From assembly GCA_965199715.1 (NCBI GenBank), contig OZ241322.1, positions 1,696,001 to 1,760,000 of the forward strand: DNA of 64,000 bases. The letters are read 5' to 3'. The position numbers and the translations under genes are program-made. Positions within the stretch are counted from its first letter, which is position 1, and the number at the start of each line of letters is the position of its first letter. The notes beneath the pieces were generated by a model. That model was not told the origin of the DNA, made no database searches, and saw only the letters and a list, made by a program, of their open reading frames with translations. The stretch is from Vicinamibacteria bacterium. Lineage in GTDB: Bacteria; Acidobacteriota; Vicinamibacteria; Marinacidobacterales; Marinacidobacteraceae. This document shows, piece by piece, positions 8,072-17,085 of the stretch.

Positions 8072-9385
8072 ATGAGCCGATTCCTTCTCCGCGTCTCCGC
8101 GGCCCTTTTCCTGCTTCTGGTTCCCCTCGAGGCCGACGCCGGCAACGAGGCGCGCATCCGCTGGGAGCGGATGTGCCAGATCCGCGAGGACAAGTTCGAC
8201 CTGATCCTGCCCGAGGCGATGCGCGGGAACGGGATCGACATGTGGATCACGGTGATGAAGGAGGGCTACCGCGACCCGCTGTGGGAGGACCTCGGCCGGG
8301 GGTACGTCGGCAGCACCGGGTACGTCGTCTTCACCGACCGGGGCGGCGACCGCATCGAGCGCGTGGCCATGGGGGTCACCGGCTACAAGATCGAGCGCTG
8401 CGGCGTGTACGACGAGGTCACGGGCCCCGGGGACCTGGCCGCATTCGTCCGGGAGCGGGATCCGCAGCGGATCGGCGTGAACATGTCCCGCAGCATCGGG
8501 GCCGCCGACGGGCTCTCCCACACGAGCTGGCTCCACCTCAGGGAGACGCTCGGCGAGCCGTACGCCGACCGGCTGGTCTCCGCCGAGAAGCTCATCTCGG
8601 AGTTCCGCTCGCGCCGGGTGGCCAGCGAGATCGTGGCATTCGGCGAGGCCGGGGAGATGTCCCGGAACATCGCCGAGCGCGCCTTCTCGAACGAGGTCAT
8701 CACTCCCGGCGTGACCGCGCTCGAGGACGTGGCCTGGTGGATCGAGGAGCGCCTCCTCGAGCGGGGCCTCGACACCTCGTTCGGGCTCCCGTCCATCTAC
8801 ATCACCGGGCCGAACGGAATCGAGGCCACCTCCAACGAGCGGATCATCCAGCGCGGCGACCTGCTGATGATCGACTGGGGCGTCGGCTACCTGAACTTCT
8901 ACACCGACATGAAGCGGATCGCGTACGTGCTGAAGCACGGCGAGGTCGCGGCCCCGCCGGGCATCCAGAACGCCTTCGACCGGGGCCGGGCCGCGAGGGA
9001 CGTGATCCGCCGCACGATCAAGCCCGGCCCGACCGCGGGCGCGATGATGGAGCGTCTCGGCGAGGAGCTCACGAGGGCCGGGTTCCAGATGATCGAGTTC
9101 AACCAGCCCACCGACGACGACACGACCGACATCGTCATCGGCTGCCACTCGGTCGGCAACCTCGGCCACGGGATCGGCCCCTCGATCGCGTGGTTCAACC
9201 CGACCCGGCTGGAATACGAGATCGTCCCGTCCAACATGTTCTCGATCGAGCTCTTCGCCTACACCAAGGCCGACGAGTTCGGCGGGGCCAAGGTGCGCAT
9301 CCCGCTCGAGGACGACGCGATCGTGACCGAGCGCGGCGTCGAGTGGTTCTACCCGGCGAACGACCGAATCCTGCTGATTCGTTGA
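8072..9385 (+). CDS. M24-family (Xaa-Pro aminopeptidase-like) metallopeptidase, secreted
   Basis: Signal peptide; IDWG, TDMKR, HSVG..GH, SIE, EDD metal-ligand motifs. Confidence 0.85.
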   Translation: MSRFLLRVSAALFLLLVPLEADAGNEARIRWERMCQIREDKFDLILPEAMRGNGIDMWITVMKEGYRDPLWEDLGRGYVGSTGYVVFTDRGGDRIERVAMGVTGYKIERCGVYDEVTGPGDLAAFVRERDPQRIGVNMSRSIGAADGLSHTSWLHLRETLGEPYADRLVSAEKLISEFRSRRVASEIVAFGEAGEMSRNIAERAFSNEVITPGVTALEDVAWWIEERLLERGLDTSFGLPSIYITGPNGIEATSNERIIQRGDLLMIDWGVGYLNFYTDMKRIAYVLKHGEVAAPPGIQNAFDRGRAARDVIRRTIKPGPTAGAMMERLGEELTRAGFQMIEFNQPTDDDTTDIVIGCHSVGNLGHGIGPSIAWFNPTRLEYEIVPSNMFSIELFAYTKADEFGGAKVRIPLEDDAIVTERGVEWFYPANDRILLIR

Positions 9386-10296
9386 TGTCGGTCCGGGTTC
9401 TCGGCGTCCCGCTGGACCTCGGCGCGGGGCGCCGGGGCGTGGACATGGGGCCGTCCGCGATGCGCAACGCCCGGGTCGTCGAAGCGATCCGGGCGCTCGG
9501 GTTCGACGTGCGCGACGAGGGCGACGTCCCCACGCCGGTGGTCGAGACGCTCGGCGCGCCGGATCCGCGCGCCCGCTGGCTGCCGGAGATCGCCGGCGTG
9601 CTCGACGAGCTCGCCGCCCGGGTCCGCCGCGTGCGGGAGTCGGGGAGCGTTCCGGTGGTGCTCGGCGGCGACCACTCGATCGCGCTCGGCACCGTGTCCG
9701 GGATGACGGACGCGGGCGCCCCCGAGCTCGGCCTCGTATGGGTGGACGCGCACCTCGACGCCCACACCCCGGAGACTTCGCCGAGCGGCAACGTCCACGG
9801 GATGCCGGTCGCGGCGCTGTTCGGCCGGGGAGCGCCCGAGTTCACCCGCGTGGGCGGGCACCCGGAGGGCGCGGCGCGCATCCGCCCCGGGAACGCCGTC
9901 CAGATCGGGATCCGCAGCGTGGACTCCGGCGAGGCCGGCATGCCCGCCGAGCTCGGATTCCGGGTGTTCACGATGGAGGAGGTGGACCGGCGGGGCATGT
10001 ACGCGGTGGCGAAGGACGCGGTCGAGCGGGCGCTCGACGGGACGCGCGGCCTCCATCTCAGCATCGACATGGACGGACTCGATCCGGACGTCGCCCCGGG
10101 CGTGGGCACGCCGGAGGCGGGCGGGCTGACGCTGCGGGAGGCGCACACGCTCATGGAGTGCGTCGCGGCGAGCGGCGGCCTGCGCTCGCTCGAGATCGCC
10201 GAGGTGAACCCGACGCTCGACACGAGGAACCGCACCGCCGAGGTCGCCGTCTCGCTCATCGCCTCCGCCTTCGGGAAGCGCACGCTGAGAGAATGA
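9385..10296 (+). CDS. rocF: Arginase
   Basis: GAGRRGVDMGP, GGDHS, DAHLD, SPSGNVHGMP, SIDMDGLDP, EVNP. Confidence 0.93.
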   Translation: MSVRVLGVPLDLGAGRRGVDMGPSAMRNARVVEAIRALGFDVRDEGDVPTPVVETLGAPDPRARWLPEIAGVLDELAARVRRVRESGSVPVVLGGDHSIALGTVSGMTDAGAPELGLVWVDAHLDAHTPETSPSGNVHGMPVAALFGRGAPEFTRVGGHPEGAARIRPGNAVQIGIRSVDSGEAGMPAELGFRVFTMEEVDRRGMYAVAKDAVERALDGTRGLHLSIDMDGLDPDVAPGVGTPEAGGLTLREAHTLMECVAASGGLRSLEIAEVNPTLDTRNRTAEVAVSLIASAFGKRTLRE

Positions 10297-12695
10297 GGCC
10301 CATGCGCCTCGCTCTCCTTCTCGCTCTCGTCGCCGCTCCCGCCGCCGCTCCCGCCGCCGCCCAGCTCCGCTCGCAGTCGGACCTCACGGCGGCCGACGCC
10401 GATCCCGGCTTCAGGCTGACGCTCGACCACCTCGGCGGCGGCGGCCGCGTCCTCGGGCTGGCTCCCCGCGACCTCCGCTGGGCGCCCGACGGAAGCGAGG
10501 CCTACTTCCGCTGGCGCGAGGACCCGGCGCCCGGCCAGCTTCCCGACGACGATCCCTGGTTCGCCGTGAGCCGGGACGGCGCGAGCCTCCGCGAGCTCGC
10601 CGAGGACGAGGTCCGCCGCATTCCCGGTTCGGACCGCGTGCGCGCGTCCGACGCTCTGGTCGAGGCGTGGAGCGCGGGCGGCACGCTCTTCGTCTGGACC
10701 CCGGACCGGGGAGTCCGGGCGGTCTTCTCGGTCGCCCGCGACGTCGGCGCGCTGCGGCTTCGGCCCGACGGGAGCGCCGCGCTGTTCGCGACGACGCCGT
10801 CCGACCAGAACGGCGATCTCTGGGAGCACCGGATCGGGACCGGCGTCACGCGCCAAGTGGCCGAAGTGATCGCGGCCGAGGAGAAGGACGCCGACCAAGA
10901 GGCCTGGCTCGAGGAGCAGCAGGTCGAGCTTCTCGACGCGGTCCGGGAGCGGAAGGCGCGCGAGGAGCGGCGCGGCGACCTGCGCCGGACGCGCCGCGAC
11001 CTGCTTCCGCAGGCGATCCCGATCCCGGCGGGCGAGCGGGCGGTGGACCTGCGTCTCTCGCCCGACGGGCGTCACGTCGTCTTCCGGTCGCGGAAGGATC
11101 CGTCGGACCCGAAGCGCACTCGATTCATGGAGTTCGTGAACGAGAGCGGGCAGGCGACCGAGAAGCAGGCCCGCCCCAAGGTGGGCGAGGCGCTTCCGGG
11201 CTGGCGCATGGGGATCGTCGAGGTGGATCCGTCGGTGCGGCCCGAGGACATCGAGATCCGCTGGGTCGAGGACGGGATCGAGAAGGACACGGTCGTCCAC
11301 GGCCCGTGGTGGAGCCCCGACGGAACGCATGCGGCGGTCCAGACGCTCTCCATGGACCACAAGGAGCGCTGGATCTCGCTGCTCACGCTGGAGGACGGAA
11401 CCCTGCGGCACGTCGACCACCAGGTCGAGGAGGCGTGGATCGGCGGCCCGCTGGTCACCGGGCGCTGGTCGCCGGGGACGCTGCTGTGGCTCGACGACAG
11501 CGAGGCGTTCGCGTTCGGGTCCGTGGCGAGCGGCTGGGCGATGCTGCTGCTCGCGAACGTCGAGGGCGAGGTCCAAGCGCTCACCGAGGGCGCGTTCGAG
11601 GTGCGCCGCGCCGAGCTCGCGCCGGGCGGCGACTCCTTTCTCCTGACCACGAGCCTCGAGCATCCCGGCGAGGAGCACCTCTACGCCGTGCCGGTCCGGG
11701 GCGGCGATCTGACCCGGCTGACCCCCGGCGAGGGCATGGACGCCTGGACGGTCTCGCCCGACGGCGGCCGAGTGGCGTGGGTCGGGCAGTCGCTCGACGA
11801 GCTCGGCGACCTCTACCTGATGGACGCCGCGCCGGGGGCCGAGCCGGTCCGGATCACGAAGAGCGGCACCGACGTGTTCTACCGGACGAAGTGGGCCGGG
11901 AGCGAGATTGTCGAGTACGACCTGCCCGACGGGACGACCGCGTGGGCGCGCATCTGGGACGCGCCGGCGAACGCGACTCCGGGCGAGACCCCCGCGGTGG
12001 TCTATGCGCACGGCTGCGGCGAGTGCGCCCAGGCCGTCGTCAAGGGCTGGGCGCGGTCCGGGAGCATCGCCTACGCCAACTACCTGATCCAGAACGGCTT
12101 CGCCGCCGCGTCGGTGGACTACCGGGGCAGCTCCGGCTACGGCCATCGCAACCGCACCTACGCATACCGGCGGATGGGGGTCTCCGACATCGACAGCGCC
12201 CTGCCGCTGCTCGACCTCCTCGTGGAGCGCGGCGTCGCGCGGGAGCGGATCGGCGTGTACGGCGGCTCCTACGGCGGGTTCTTCACGCTGATGTCGCTGT
12301 TCCGGAACCCGGGCGCGTACGCGGCGGGGGTCGCGCTGTATCCGGTCACCGACTGGGTCCACTACAACCAGGGGTATACGAGCCGCATCCTGAACGGCAG
12401 CCAGTTGGACGACGAGGAGGCGTACCGGGTCTCCAGCCCGGTGTACTACGCCGACGGGCTCGAGGACGCGCTCCAGATCCAGCACGGCCTCGTGGACGGC
12501 AACGTCCAGATCCAGGACTCCTTCCGGCTGGCGCAGATCCTCATCGAGAAGCAGAAGGACTTCGACCTCATGGTCTATCCGGTCGAGGACCACGGCTGGG
12601 ACGAGATCCCGACCCGCCGGGACAGCTACCGCCGGATGACCGAGTTCTTCAGGCGGAACCTCCGCGCAGCGCCCGGCCCGGCAGCGACCCAGTGA
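10293..12695 (+). CDS. S9-family prolyl oligopeptidase/dipeptidyl peptidase, secreted
   Basis: Signal peptide, beta-propeller, GGSYGG nucleophile, HGLVDGNV, EDHG. Confidence 0.9.
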   Translation: MRPMRLALLLALVAAPAAAPAAAQLRSQSDLTAADADPGFRLTLDHLGGGGRVLGLAPRDLRWAPDGSEAYFRWREDPAPGQLPDDDPWFAVSRDGASLRELAEDEVRRIPGSDRVRASDALVEAWSAGGTLFVWTPDRGVRAVFSVARDVGALRLRPDGSAALFATTPSDQNGDLWEHRIGTGVTRQVAEVIAAEEKDADQEAWLEEQQVELLDAVRERKAREERRGDLRRTRRDLLPQAIPIPAGERAVDLRLSPDGRHVVFRSRKDPSDPKRTRFMEFVNESGQATEKQARPKVGEALPGWRMGIVEVDPSVRPEDIEIRWVEDGIEKDTVVHGPWWSPDGTHAAVQTLSMDHKERWISLLTLEDGTLRHVDHQVEEAWIGGPLVTGRWSPGTLLWLDDSEAFAFGSVASGWAMLLLANVEGEVQALTEGAFEVRRAELAPGGDSFLLTTSLEHPGEEHLYAVPVRGGDLTRLTPGEGMDAWTVSPDGGRVAWVGQSLDELGDLYLMDAAPGAEPVRITKSGTDVFYRTKWAGSEIVEYDLPDGTTAWARIWDAPANATPGETPAVVYAHGCGECAQAVVKGWARSGSIAYANYLIQNGFAAASVDYRGSSGYGHRNRTYAYRRMGVSDIDSALPLLDLLVERGVARERIGVYGGSYGGFFTLMSLFRNPGAYAAGVALYPVTDWVHYNQGYTSRILNGSQLDDEEAYRVSSPVYYADGLEDALQIQHGLVDGNVQIQDSFRLAQILIEKQKDFDLMVYPVEDHGWDEIPTRRDSYRRMTEFFRRNLRAAPGPAATQ

Positions 12696-14301
12696 ACCGG
12701 CCGTCGATCGTCACTGGCTCGCCGTTCACGAAGGTCGCCCGGACCCCCGTCGCGCGCTGACGGGGCGCTTCCAGCGTCGCCCGGTCGGCGATCCGCTCGG
12801 GGTCGAAGAGCACGAGGTCCGCGGGAAGTCCGCCGGCGATCCGGCCCCGGTCGGGAAGCCCGGCGATGGCCGCCGGGAGCGAGGTCATCCGGCGGATCGC
12901 TTCCTCGAGCGGGAGCAAGCCGGTCTCCCTGACGTAGCGGCGCAGCACCCTCGGGAACGCGCCGCAGGCCGCCGGGTGCGGCGCTCCCTTCCCGTAGTCG
13001 TTCGCGTCGGTGATGAACGCCACGTCGGGGTCGGCGGCGAGCCGGCGAAGGCCGTCCTCCCCGCTGACGTCCATGACGAACTGCCCGACCGCGCCGTCCT
13101 CCTCGAGCATCAGGTCGGAAATGGCCTCGAACGGATCCGGCCCCAGTTCGGCGAGCGAGCGCCCCACCGTCCCCGGACGACCGCTGCCCACGCTGGCGAC
13201 CCGAATTCCGTCCCAGCCGACCGCGGAGACGAGGTTGTGCGGCCAGCCGCCCTCGGTCCACGGCGGCCACTCGGGAACCCGCTCCCGCACGTCCCGGCCG
13301 ATGCGGGCGCGGGTCGCCGGGTCGCGCAGCCGGGCGAGCAGCGCGTCCGGTCCGCCCTCGAGCGCCCACGGCGGATAGATCGCGTACATCATCGTGGCCG
13401 CGACCGGGTACGGGAACATGTCCGCCGAGATCCGCACCCCCTCGCTCCGCGCCGCGCGCTCGCGCTCGAGGAACGCGGCGAGGTTCCTCCAGTGGTCGCG
13501 TCCCACCGCCTCGGCGTGGCTATGGTGGACCCGGACGTCGGCCGCGCGCCCGATCCGGATGAGCTCCTCGACCGCCGGCAGCAGGGTCTCGCTGGAGCCG
13601 CGGACGTGGGCGGTGAAGACCCGGTCGCCGAGCCGTCGGGCGAGGTCGATCAGCTCGTCGGTCGCGCTGAACATGCCCGGCGGGTAGATGAGCCCGCACG
13701 AGAGTCCGAGCGCGCCCTCCTCGAGCGCCTGCTCCAGCGCGCCCGCCATGGCGGCCCGCTCGCCGGCGTCGGGTTCCCCTGGACGCAGCCCCATCGCGCC
13801 CAGCCGCAAGAGGCCGTGCGGGACGAGCGCGGCCACGTTCATCGGCGTTCCGCGAGTCTCGACCCGGGCGAACCAGTCGGCGAGCGAGCGCCAGCGCCAT
13901 TCGGTTCCCGCCGGGGTCATCCAGGCGTGCACCGCCGGAGCGAGGTCCCGCGCCTCGCCGAACAGCGGCGCCGCGCCGAGGCCGCAGTTGCCGACGACCT
14001 CGGTGGTGATCCCCTGCGCGAGCCGCCCGGCGAGGAGCGGGGTCGGGCCGCTCGCGAGCACGAGGTCCCCGTGCGAATGGACGTCCACGAACCCCGGCGC
14101 GGCGACCAGCCCGTCCGCGTCCCATTCCCGGAGCGCCTCGCCCCGGGCGGGGACGAAGCGTCCGTTGCGGATGCCGAGATCGCCCCGGCGGGCCGGGGCG
14201 CCGGTCCCGTCCACGACGAGCGCGTCGCGGATGCGCACGTCCAGCCGGGGCTTGGCGCATCCGGCGAGGAGCAGCGCGCCGAGGGCGTCGCGCCGCCTCA
14301 T
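12649..14301 (-). CDS. N-acyl-D-amino-acid deacylase (D-aminoacylase), Tat-like lipoprotein signal
   Basis: MRRRDALGALLLAGC; PGFVDVHSH; GNCG; LEEAIRRMTSLPA; ADLVLFDP. Confidence 0.9.
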   Translation of the reverse strand: MRRRDALGALLLAGCAKPRLDVRIRDALVVDGTGAPARRGDLGIRNGRFVPARGEALREWDADGLVAAPGFVDVHSHGDLVLASGPTPLLAGRLAQGITTEVVGNCGLGAAPLFGEARDLAPAVHAWMTPAGTEWRWRSLADWFARVETRGTPMNVAALVPHGLLRLGAMGLRPGEPDAGERAAMAGALEQALEEGALGLSCGLIYPPGMFSATDELIDLARRLGDRVFTAHVRGSSETLLPAVEELIRIGRAADVRVHHSHAEAVGRDHWRNLAAFLERERAARSEGVRISADMFPYPVAATMMYAIYPPWALEGGPDALLARLRDPATRARIGRDVRERVPEWPPWTEGGWPHNLVSAVGWDGIRVASVGSGRPGTVGRSLAELGPDPFEAISDLMLEEDGAVGQFVMDVSGEDGLRRLAADPDVAFITDANDYGKGAPHPAACGAFPRVLRRYVRETGLLPLEEAIRRMTSLPAAIAGLPDRGRIAGGLPADLVLFDPERIADRATLEAPRQRATGVRATFVNGEPVTIDGRFTGSLPGRALRGGSA

Positions 14302-14966
14302 CGGTTCGAGACGACCTTGTCGAGCGGCAGCCGCCGGATGTCGGGAACCCGCGCCCCCGGCTTCGGAAATCCCACGACCAGGAGCAGGTAGGCGACCTCG
14401 TTGGCCGGCCGGTCGAGGAGCCGGTTCAGGAACCCCATCGGGCTCGGAGTGTGGGTGAGGGTGGCGAGACCGGCGTTGTGGAGCGCCGCGATCAGGAAGC
14501 CGCAGGCGATCCCGACCGATTCCGAGTGGTAGTAGTTGCGGATCCGGGCGCCGTCCGCTCCGAGCGTGTAGCGCTGCATGAATATGGCGATCAGGACCGG
14601 CGCCTCGACGAGGAACGGCTTGTTCGCGTCGGTGCCGAGCGGCTCGAGCGCCGCGATCCATTCCGGCGGCGCCTTGCCGCCGTAAAACGCCCGCTCTTCC
14701 TCCTCGGCGGCCTCGCGCAGCTTCGCCTTGATCTCCGGATCGCGCACCACGACGAACCGCCACGGCTGGAGGTTTGCGCCGCTCGGGGCGGAGGCCGCCG
14801 TGCGCAGCGCGTCCTCGAGCACCGCCTTGGGCACCGGGCGGGAGTCGAACTCGCGAACGGTGCGGCGGGCGACCATGTGCTCCCGGAACCGGCGCGCCCG
14901 CGCCTCCATCTCCTCCGGCGGGAAGCCGCGAAACCGCAGTTCGGTCGCCTTCCAGGGATCGCTCAA
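14298..14966 (-). CDS. Iodotyrosine deiodinase (nitroreductase superfamily)
   Basis: RRTVREF, APSGANLQPW, lid EEEERAFY...LGTDANKPFL, YYHSESVGIA, LTHTPSPM; TTG start overlaps the upstream stop. Confidence 0.85.
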   Translation of the reverse strand: MSDPWKATELRFRGFPPEEMEARARRFREHMVARRTVREFDSRPVPKAVLEDALRTAASAPSGANLQPWRFVVVRDPEIKAKLREAAEEEERAFYGGKAPPEWIAALEPLGTDANKPFLVEAPVLIAIFMQRYTLGADGARIRNYYHSESVGIACGFLIAALHNAGLATLTHTPSPMGFLNRLLDRPANEVAYLLLVVGFPKPGARVPDIRRLPLDKVVSNR

Positions 14967-15949
14967 CGGTTGCGGGTCAGATGGTCGAGGACGGCCTCCC
15001 CGTGGAAGCGGCCGTTCTCGATGAAGATGCGGTTCGTCCGCAGGCCGGCGACCACGCCGCCCGCGAGGTACAGGCCGGGCACTTCGGTGGCGAAGGTCTC
15101 CGGGTCGGTCACCGGCCTCCGCTCGGGCCCCTCGCTGCGCACGCCGAGCGACTCGAGGAACGGGTAGTCGGGCCGGTAGCCGATGAGTGGGAGGACGAAG
15201 TCGTTGTCCATCTTCCACTGCCGCCCGCCGCCCTCGAGCGTCAGCGAGCCGGGCTCGATCGCGACGACCCGGGTCCCCAGATGCGCCGGGACTTCCTTGC
15301 GGTCGATCCGGTTCTCGATGTCGGGGCGCACCCAGTACTTGAGGTGCGACGACAGCGTCTCGCCCCGGTGGATGAGGGTCACGTCCACCCCGGCGCGGTA
15401 CAGCTCCAGCGTGGTCTCCGCCGCCGAGTTCCCCCCGCCGACCACCGCGACCCGAGATCCGAAGTACGGGTGGGCCTCGACGTAGCGATGGGCGACCTTC
15501 GAAAGGTCCTCGCCGGGGACGCCGAGCCGGTTGGGGTTTTCGAAATAGCCGATCGCGAGGATCAGGTTGCGCGCCCGGATCGGCGGAGGATCGGGAATCC
15601 CGGGCCGCTCGCTGCGCAGCTCCAGCGCGAAGCCGCCGTCCTCGCGGGACGCGCGGGAGACCCGGGTGTACAGACGCGGCTTCAGGCCGAAGCGCTGGAC
15701 GACCTTGCGGTAGTAGATGAGCGCCTCTTGCCGGGTCGGCTTCTCCCGTTGGCAGACCAGCGGAATCTCGCCGATCTCGAGCAGGTCGGGCGTGGTGAAG
15801 AACACCATGTGCACCGGAAAGCGACGGATGCTGTCCACGATGCCGCCCTTGTCGAGCACCTCGTAGGTGAGGCCGCGTCGCTGGCAGCCGATCGCGGCGG
15901 CGAGGCCCGACGGCCCGGCCCCCACGATGGCCACGTCGAGCGGCTTCAC
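14963..15949 (-). CDS. ypdA: YpdA-family putative bacillithiol disulfide reductase
   Basis: GAGPSG, FPVHMVFFTTPDLLEIG, KPTRQEALIYY, GGGNSA, KYWVRPDIENR, IFIENGRFH. Confidence 0.88.
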   Translation of the reverse strand: MKPLDVAIVGAGPSGLAAAIGCQRRGLTYEVLDKGGIVDSIRRFPVHMVFFTTPDLLEIGEIPLVCQREKPTRQEALIYYRKVVQRFGLKPRLYTRVSRASREDGGFALELRSERPGIPDPPPIRARNLILAIGYFENPNRLGVPGEDLSKVAHRYVEAHPYFGSRVAVVGGGNSAAETTLELYRAGVDVTLIHRGETLSSHLKYWVRPDIENRIDRKEVPAHLGTRVVAIEPGSLTLEGGGRQWKMDNDFVLPLIGYRPDYPFLESLGVRSEGPERRPVTDPETFATEVPGLYLAGGVVAGLRTNRIFIENGRFHGEAVLDHLTRNR

Positions 15950-17043
15950 GGCGCCGGCTCCACCCGCGCCCGGAGGATCGCGATCCGCTCGAGCGGCGCC
16001 TCGTCCTCCCCGGCGGGGACGGCCTCGATCGCCTCGACCGTCTCGTAGCCCTCGACCACCTCGCCGAAGACCGTGTACTCGCCGTCGAGCCCGGGAGCTT
16101 CGCCGGTGACGATGAAGAAGCTGGTCATGGCGCTGTCGAGTTCCTCGAGCCGGGCCATGGACACGATCCCGGGCACGTGGGAGCGGTCGTTCAGCTCGGC
16201 GGGCACGTTGGTCACGTGCTTCTCCAGTTCCTCGGGGAGCTCCGGCTCCCTTGTCTCCATCCAGCCGGTCTGGATCACGAATCCGGGGACGACCCGGTGG
16301 AAGGCGGTGCCGTCGTACGCGCCGAGCGCGGCGAGCCGCAGGAAGTTGCGGGCGTGGATCGGGGCGACGTCCGGGAAGACCGCGATCCGGATCTCGCCCG
16401 CCGTGGTCTCGAGCACGACGTGGAAGTCCGCGAGCGCGGCGTCGGTCCCGCCCTCGAACGGAACCGCGGGCGGCGGCGGTCGGTCGCGGACCGACGCGCT
16501 CAGGATCTCGATCCGCTCGACGGGCATGCCCCGGTCGTCGGCCTCGACCTCGGAGAGCCGGGTCGCGACGCGCAACCCCTCGACCACTTCGGCGAAGACC
16601 GTGTAACCGCCGTCGAGCGGCGGCTGGTCGGTGATCACGATGAAGAACTGGGAGCCGGCGCTGTCCGGGTCACCCGGAACCTGCACCGCCGAGACCGCCC
16701 CCCGGACGTGGAGGAGGTCGTTCGGTTCCCGGGCGAGGCGTTGCAGCCCGCCGGTCCCGTAGCGTTCGACCGCTTCAGGGTCCTTCGTCTCGGGATCGCC
16801 GCCCTGGAGGATGCCCCGGGCGATCACCCGGTGGAAGGCGGTGCCGTCGTACGCGCCCTCCTCGGCCTGCTTCAGGAAGAAGGCGGTGTGGTTCGGGGCG
16901 GCCTCGGGCCGCACCTCAATGACGATCGGCCCCTCGGCGGTCTCGAGGACGACCTGCTTCCCGGTCATCTCCTCGACGGTCCGGTCGGCGGTGAAGGGCT
17001 CCTGCGCCGTCAGCGCGAGCGCCAACGGAATCCAGCGCCACAC
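15946..17043 (-). CDS. Tandem two-domain cyclophilin-type PPIase, secreted
   Basis: Two YDGTAFHRV...G.YTVF.EVVEG domains. Confidence 0.9.
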   Translation of the reverse strand: MWRWIPLALALTAQEPFTADRTVEEMTGKQVVLETAEGPIVIEVRPEAAPNHTAFFLKQAEEGAYDGTAFHRVIARGILQGGDPETKDPEAVERYGTGGLQRLAREPNDLLHVRGAVSAVQVPGDPDSAGSQFFIVITDQPPLDGGYTVFAEVVEGLRVATRLSEVEADDRGMPVERIEILSASVRDRPPPPAVPFEGGTDAALADFHVVLETTAGEIRIAVFPDVAPIHARNFLRLAALGAYDGTAFHRVVPGFVIQTGWMETREPELPEELEKHVTNVPAELNDRSHVPGIVSMARLEELDSAMTSFFIVTGEAPGLDGEYTVFGEVVEGYETVEAIEAVPAGEDEAPLERIAILRARVEPAP

Positions 17044-17085
17044 GTCCCTTCAGTCCTGAGTGCGGGCAGTATATTCCCGGCCCGC

